DNA of 64,000 nt from an uncultured Halobacteriales archaeon (GTDB lineage Archaea; Halobacteriota; Halobacteria; Halobacteriales; Haloarculaceae). This document shows, one piece after another, positions 60,196-64,000 of this stretch. The DNA is taken from positions 82,193-146,192 of the forward strand of contig CAYRQD010000001.1 of NCBI GenBank assembly GCA_964426325.1. Reading direction: 5' to 3'. Every line of letters starts with the position of its first letter. Within the stretch, counting starts at the first letter, position 1. The notes beneath the pieces were generated by a model. The model made no database searches, was not told where the DNA came from, and saw only the letters and a program-made list of their open reading frames with translations. Made by a program: the position numbers and the translations under genes.

Positions 60196-60789
60196 TCACA
60201 GCTCGCCTTTGGTACTCGGCGGAGCGCTGCGGCGCTCGTCGATCCGGGTGGCGTCGTCGAGTGCCCGCGCGAGCGCCTTGAACAGCGCCTCGAGTTCGTG
60301 GTGGGCGTTCTCGCCGGCGATCTCGGCGTGGACGGTCAGCCCGGCGTGTGTCGCGAGCGTCCGCAGGAAGTGTCTCCCGAGCTGGCTCGTGACGCCGTCC
60401 GCGCCGACCGTCGGCTGGGAGAAGGTCCCCTCGAAGGCGGCGTACGGACGGCCGCTCACGTCGAGGACGACCGTCGCCCGGGCCTCGTCCATCGGGACGG
60501 TCCGGTCGGCGAATCGGGCGATCCCGCGTTTCTCCCCCAGCGCCTCGCCGAGGGCCTCGCCGAGCGCGATTGCGACGTCCTCGACGGTGTGGTGCGTCCC
60601 GACGGCAAGATCGCCCTCGCACTCGACGGTGAGATCGAACAGTCCGTGGGTTGCGACGGCTTCGAGCATGTGATCGAGAAAGCCGATCCCGGTGTCGACG
60701 GTCGCGTCGCCGTCGCCGTCGAGATCGAGCACCACCTCGACGCTCGTCTCCGCGGTTTCCCGGCCGACCGCCGCGGTTCTTTCCTCCAT
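60196..60789 (-). CDS. hisB: imidazoleglycerol-phosphate dehydratase
   Basis: [40 protein letters not shown]. Confidence 0.96.
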   Translation of the reverse strand: MEERTAAVGRETAETSVEVVLDLDGDGDATVDTGIGFLDHMLEAVATHGLFDLTVECEGDLAVGTHHTVEDVAIALGEALGEALGEKRGIARFADRTVPMDEARATVVLDVSGRPYAAFEGTFSQPTVGADGVTSQLGRHFLRTLATHAGLTVHAEIAGENAHHELEALFKALARALDDATRIDERRSAPPSTKGEL

Positions 60790-60852
60790 GATCGATCCTG
60801 ACGGCCGAGGTATTTGGCCGTTGTGACCGTCTCCGAGAGTCCACCTCGACGA

Positions 60853-61890
60853 TTAGGGTTTTACGAGCACCTTGATCGCCTCGCGGTCGTCCATCGCTCG
60901 GTAGCCCTCGGCGATCTCCTCGAGCGAGACCGTCTCGGTAAAGACCGGCGAGGGGTCGAGCGTGCCCCCCAGCACGTCCGCGAGCAGCTCCTCGGCGTAG
61001 GCCCGCACCGGCGCGACTCCGCCGGCCAGCCCGACGTTGTCCCCGAAGAAATCGAAGAGATCGAGCCCGCCCTCGAGACCGTGGGGCACCCCGACGTACC
61101 CGACGGTCCCGCCCGGCCGGGCAACCGCGGCGGCGGTCTCCATCGCGCCGGCCGCGCCGACACACTCGAGCACGTGCTCGGCGCCGCCGCCAGTGAGCTC
61201 CTGAACGCGCTCGACGTCGTCCTCGCTCTCCTCGAGGACCGTCTCGGTGGCCCCGAACCGCTCTGCCAGCTCGAGGCGGTCGGCGTGGTGGCCGACGGCG
61301 ACGATCTGGCTGGCGCCGAGCCGTCGCGCGGCGAGCACGCCACACAGCCCGACCGCCCCGTCGCCGACGACCACACACCGGCTCCCGCCAGTAACGCCGG
61401 CGCTGACTGCCGCGTGGTGGCCGGTCCCCATCACGTCGGTCAGGGGCAGCGCCGCCCGAAGGGCCGCCTCGTCGTCGGCGTACCGGTCCGGGATGCGTAC
61501 GAGCGTGCCGTCGGCGTGGGTCGAGCGGACGTACTCCCCCTGTGCGCCGCCGTTCTCGCCGCCCCAGGAGTCGCGGTTCTCACAGGAGGTGTGTAGTCCC
61601 CGCCGGCAGAACTCACACTCCCCGCAGCTGATCGCGAAGGGGGCGAGCACCCGGTCGCCGGGCCCGACCCGGCGCACGTCCTCGCCGACGGCTTCGACGA
61701 CTCCCATCGGCTCGTGGCCGATCCGGGAGGGAACGTCTCGGTCGCTCTCCCCGCGGTAGGGCCACAGATCGGACCCGCAGATCGCGGTATGAGTGACCCG
61801 GACGATCGCGTCGCCCGGAGATTCGATCGTCGGCTTTGGTACGTCTTCGACCCGGATGTCGCCGGGGCCGTGAAAGACGGCTGCGCGCAT
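60853..61890 (-). CDS. zinc-dependent alcohol dehydrogenase family protein
   Basis: ICGSD, GHEPMG, CGECEFC...C, GDGAVG. Confidence 0.93.
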   Translation of the reverse strand: MRAAVFHGPGDIRVEDVPKPTIESPGDAIVRVTHTAICGSDLWPYRGESDRDVPSRIGHEPMGVVEAVGEDVRRVGPGDRVLAPFAISCGECEFCRRGLHTSCENRDSWGGENGGAQGEYVRSTHADGTLVRIPDRYADDEAALRAALPLTDVMGTGHHAAVSAGVTGGSRCVVVGDGAVGLCGVLAARRLGASQIVAVGHHADRLELAERFGATETVLEESEDDVERVQELTGGGAEHVLECVGAAGAMETAAAVARPGGTVGYVGVPHGLEGGLDLFDFFGDNVGLAGGVAPVRAYAEELLADVLGGTLDPSPVFTETVSLEEIAEGYRAMDDREAIKVLVKP

Positions 61891-62007
61891 ATGTCACGTC
61901 CGGGCGACAATAATAAAAGCCGTCCGGGTACTCCCGATAGACTCACTCGCCTCGATACGGAGCCCGCCGGAGCTTCTTTCGGAGCGAGATGACAGTCGCG
62001 AGGATCA

Positions 62008-62576
62008 TCAGACCGTGACCCCGATCATCCCGCAACGAACGAGCGTCCGCTCGAGCCGGTCGCCCGGCTTGTCCCCGACGAGGTTGAGGTCTCGGGCGAA
62101 TCTGGCTCCACCACCGCCCGATCGTCGTCCCCACCTGCCACTGCTCTTCGAGTAGGGTCTGTGCGCTCTGTTGGTTACCGACGGTGTAGCCGCGCCGGCC
62201 TTGACCGTCGAGCTGGTGTAGGTCTCTCCGTCGACCTCGTACTCGTCGGTTACGTCGATCGCGAACGATCGATCCGGTCCCCTCCCGCGCTGTGTGTACT
62301 CCGCGCCCGTCACCGTCGCCTCGATCGGCTCTCTGTCCGCGCGTCCACGTCCGACGGCATCGGGCGCTGGGAGTGCAGGCCGCCGTACGCGAGCCCGGCG
62401 CCGATCGCCAGAGAGACGACGATTCCACGTAGGGTCGTCTGCCGGGCGCTGGCCGCGGTCTCGTCCGTTCCGTCGTCGGCCGTCTGCTCCGATCGGCCCG
62501 CCGCGCGGTCGGTCCCGCGGTGACGTGAGCTAAGGCTGCCCCCGGACCACGGCGATCTAGCCGTCCACAGGACCAA
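62008..62576 (-). pseudogene. frameshifted DUF3592-like membrane protein remnant
   Basis: TM segment GIVVSLAIGAGLAYGGL, then EPIEATVT...EYEVDGETYTS, then GYTVGNQQSAQTLLEEQWQVGTTI, in three different frames; bounds approximate. Confidence 0.55.
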
Positions 62577-62792
62577 TCCGGGTCAGTTCGGATGGCGGCG
62601 TCGCCCTCGCGTTGTGGCGCTCCGGTGGCGGTCCCTGGACTGTTCCGCCGCGTCGTTCGCGGCAGTTCGGCTCGTCGGCGACGGATCGCGCTGTCCGGCC
62701 GGTCAGCGGGGGACCGGGTTCCGGGCACCGAACGGAGAGGCGACCCGGACGCACCGACACAGTTTTGCCCGGGCTCGCCGTCGGTAGCGAGT

Positions 62793-63215
62793 ATGGATTA
62801 CCGAGAGCTCGACGAGAGCCGTGAGTTTCTCGCCCGGCTCGAACACGGCCGGGACTGGCGCGGCCAGATCGAGGCCTTCGCCGCCGAGGAGTCGATCGGC
62901 GCAGCGGTGTTTTTGGGCCTCGGCGCCGTTCGGGACGCGCGGGTGTACTTCTACGATCAAACCGACCAGCGGTACGAGGCGGTCACCTTCGACGAACCGC
63001 TCGAGGTGGCGGTCGCCGTCGGGAACGTCTCCTGGCTCGACGGCGAGCGGTTCGCCCACACCCACGCCGTGTTGGGACGGCCCGACGGAACCGCCCTCGC
63101 CGGCCACCTCGACGCCGGCACGACCTTCGCGGGCGAGCTGTACGTCCGGGCGTTCGGGACCCGGCTCGACCGCGAGCACGACCCCGAGACCGACCTCGAT
63201 CTCTGGCCGCTGTAA
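62793..63215 (+). CDS. PPC/DUF296 domain protein
   Basis: ARLEHGRD, GLGAV, GNVS, FAHTHAVL, AGHL. Confidence 0.88.
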   Translation: MDYRELDESREFLARLEHGRDWRGQIEAFAAEESIGAAVFLGLGAVRDARVYFYDQTDQRYEAVTFDEPLEVAVAVGNVSWLDGERFAHTHAVLGRPDGTALAGHLDAGTTFAGELYVRAFGTRLDREHDPETDLDLWPL

Positions 63216-64000
63216 TGGCTCGAAACGACCGCCGCCGGGGCCGGGGGGGAGACCGGGACCGGGACCGATCGACCGAGAGAGACCGCGACGGGGCGGCCGG
63301 CGACCACGAGGAGTACTTCGCGGCGATCGAGGCCGACCTCGAGGCGGCGCTTGCGGTCGCGAACGAGGCCCGCGAGCGCGGCGGCGATCCGGTTCCCGAG
63401 GTCGAGATCCCGGTCGCACAGGACATGGCCGACCGCGTCGAGAACATCCTCGGCATCGACGGGGTCGCCGAGCGGGTCCGCAAGCTCGAGGGTGACCGCT
63501 CCCGCGAGGAGGCCGCGCTGGCCCTGGCCGAGGATTTCGTCAGCGGGGTGGTCGGGGACTACGAGACCCCCGCCGGCAAGATCGAGGGGGCGGTCCGGAC
63601 GGCCGTTGCCCTGCTGACCGAGGGTGTGGTCGCGGCGCCGATCGAGGGGATCGATCGGGTCGAGATCCGGGAAAACGACGACGGCTCCGAGTTCGTCAGC
63701 GTCGAGTACGCCGGCCCGATCCGCTCCGCGGGCGGCACCGCACAGGCGCTGTCGGTGCTCGTGGCCGATTACGCCCGCGCGCTGCTCGGGATCGGCGCCT
63801 ACGAGCCCCGGGGAGAGGAGATCGCGCGCTACGCCGAGGAGATCGCCCTGTACGACGATGAGACCGGCCTGCAGTACGCCCCCGGGGAGGCCGAGGCACG
63901 GTTCATCGCCGAGCACCTGCCGATCATGCTCGACGGCGAGGCGACCAGCGACGGCGAGGTCGAGGGCTACCGCGACCTCGATCGGGTCGACACCAACGCC
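63215..64000 (+). CDS. polC: DNA polymerase II (PolD) large subunit DP2, 3' truncated by window edge
   Basis: TAATG overlap; GGDPVPEVEIPVAQDMADRVE, AVRTAVALLTEGVVAAPIEGI, YAGPIRSAGGTAQALSVL. Confidence 0.95.
   Translation, partial: MARNDRRRGRGGDRDRDRSTERDRDGAAGDHEEYFAAIEADLEAALAVANEARERGGDPVPEVEIPVAQDMADRVENILGIDGVAERVRKLEGDRSREEAALALAEDFVSGVVGDYETPAGKIEGAVRTAVALLTEGVVAAPIEGIDRVEIRENDDGSEFVSVEYAGPIRSAGGTAQALSVLVADYARALLGIGAYEPRGEEIARYAEEIALYDDETGLQYAPGEAEARFIAEHLPIMLDGEATSDGEVEGYRDLDRVDTNA

Noticed and set aside
1..64000. CRISPR array, IS element, integrase or provirus
   Set aside because: No regularly spaced repeats, transposase or recombinase motifs, or duplicated tRNA 3' ends were seen by eye
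63215..64000. Intein in polC
   Set aside because: Known DP2 intein sites lie further downstream, outside the window; none is visible here

Overview
High-GC haloarchaeal (Halobacteria) chromosomal window, judged from the acidic proteins and archaeal markers (PolD DP2, PDCD5, LysW-type arg genes, SRI/HtrI). It is mostly core genome: an argH-argW(lysW)-argXCBDEF cluster, a sensor kinase, Lrp, gshA, a TIGR00300 ornithine cyclodeaminase, SRAP, msrA, bioY, tRNA-Ile(GAT), hisS, HMG-CoA synthase, an M32 carboxypeptidase, PiT and MATE transporters, carB, the htrI-sopI phototaxis operon, tRNA-Pro(GGG), guaAa, hisB and the 5' end of polC. I saw no IS element, integrase, CRISPR array or rRNA. Most unusual observations: (1) a sensory rhodopsin I whose helix C counterion Asp (D76 in H. 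salinarum SRI, D85 in BR) is Ala while the retinal Lys and the cognate HtrI are intact; (2) a 1294-aa HTH + P-loop NTPase + TPR protein divergent from a small acidic peptide ORF ending GSHTVYGCGTK, a candidate peptide-sensing or STAND-type system; (3) CarB with an in-frame C-terminal extra domain of about 177 aa; (4) a membrane protein with a tail of about 30 tetrad repeats. Family and DUF names come from motif recognition and memory, not from database searches.
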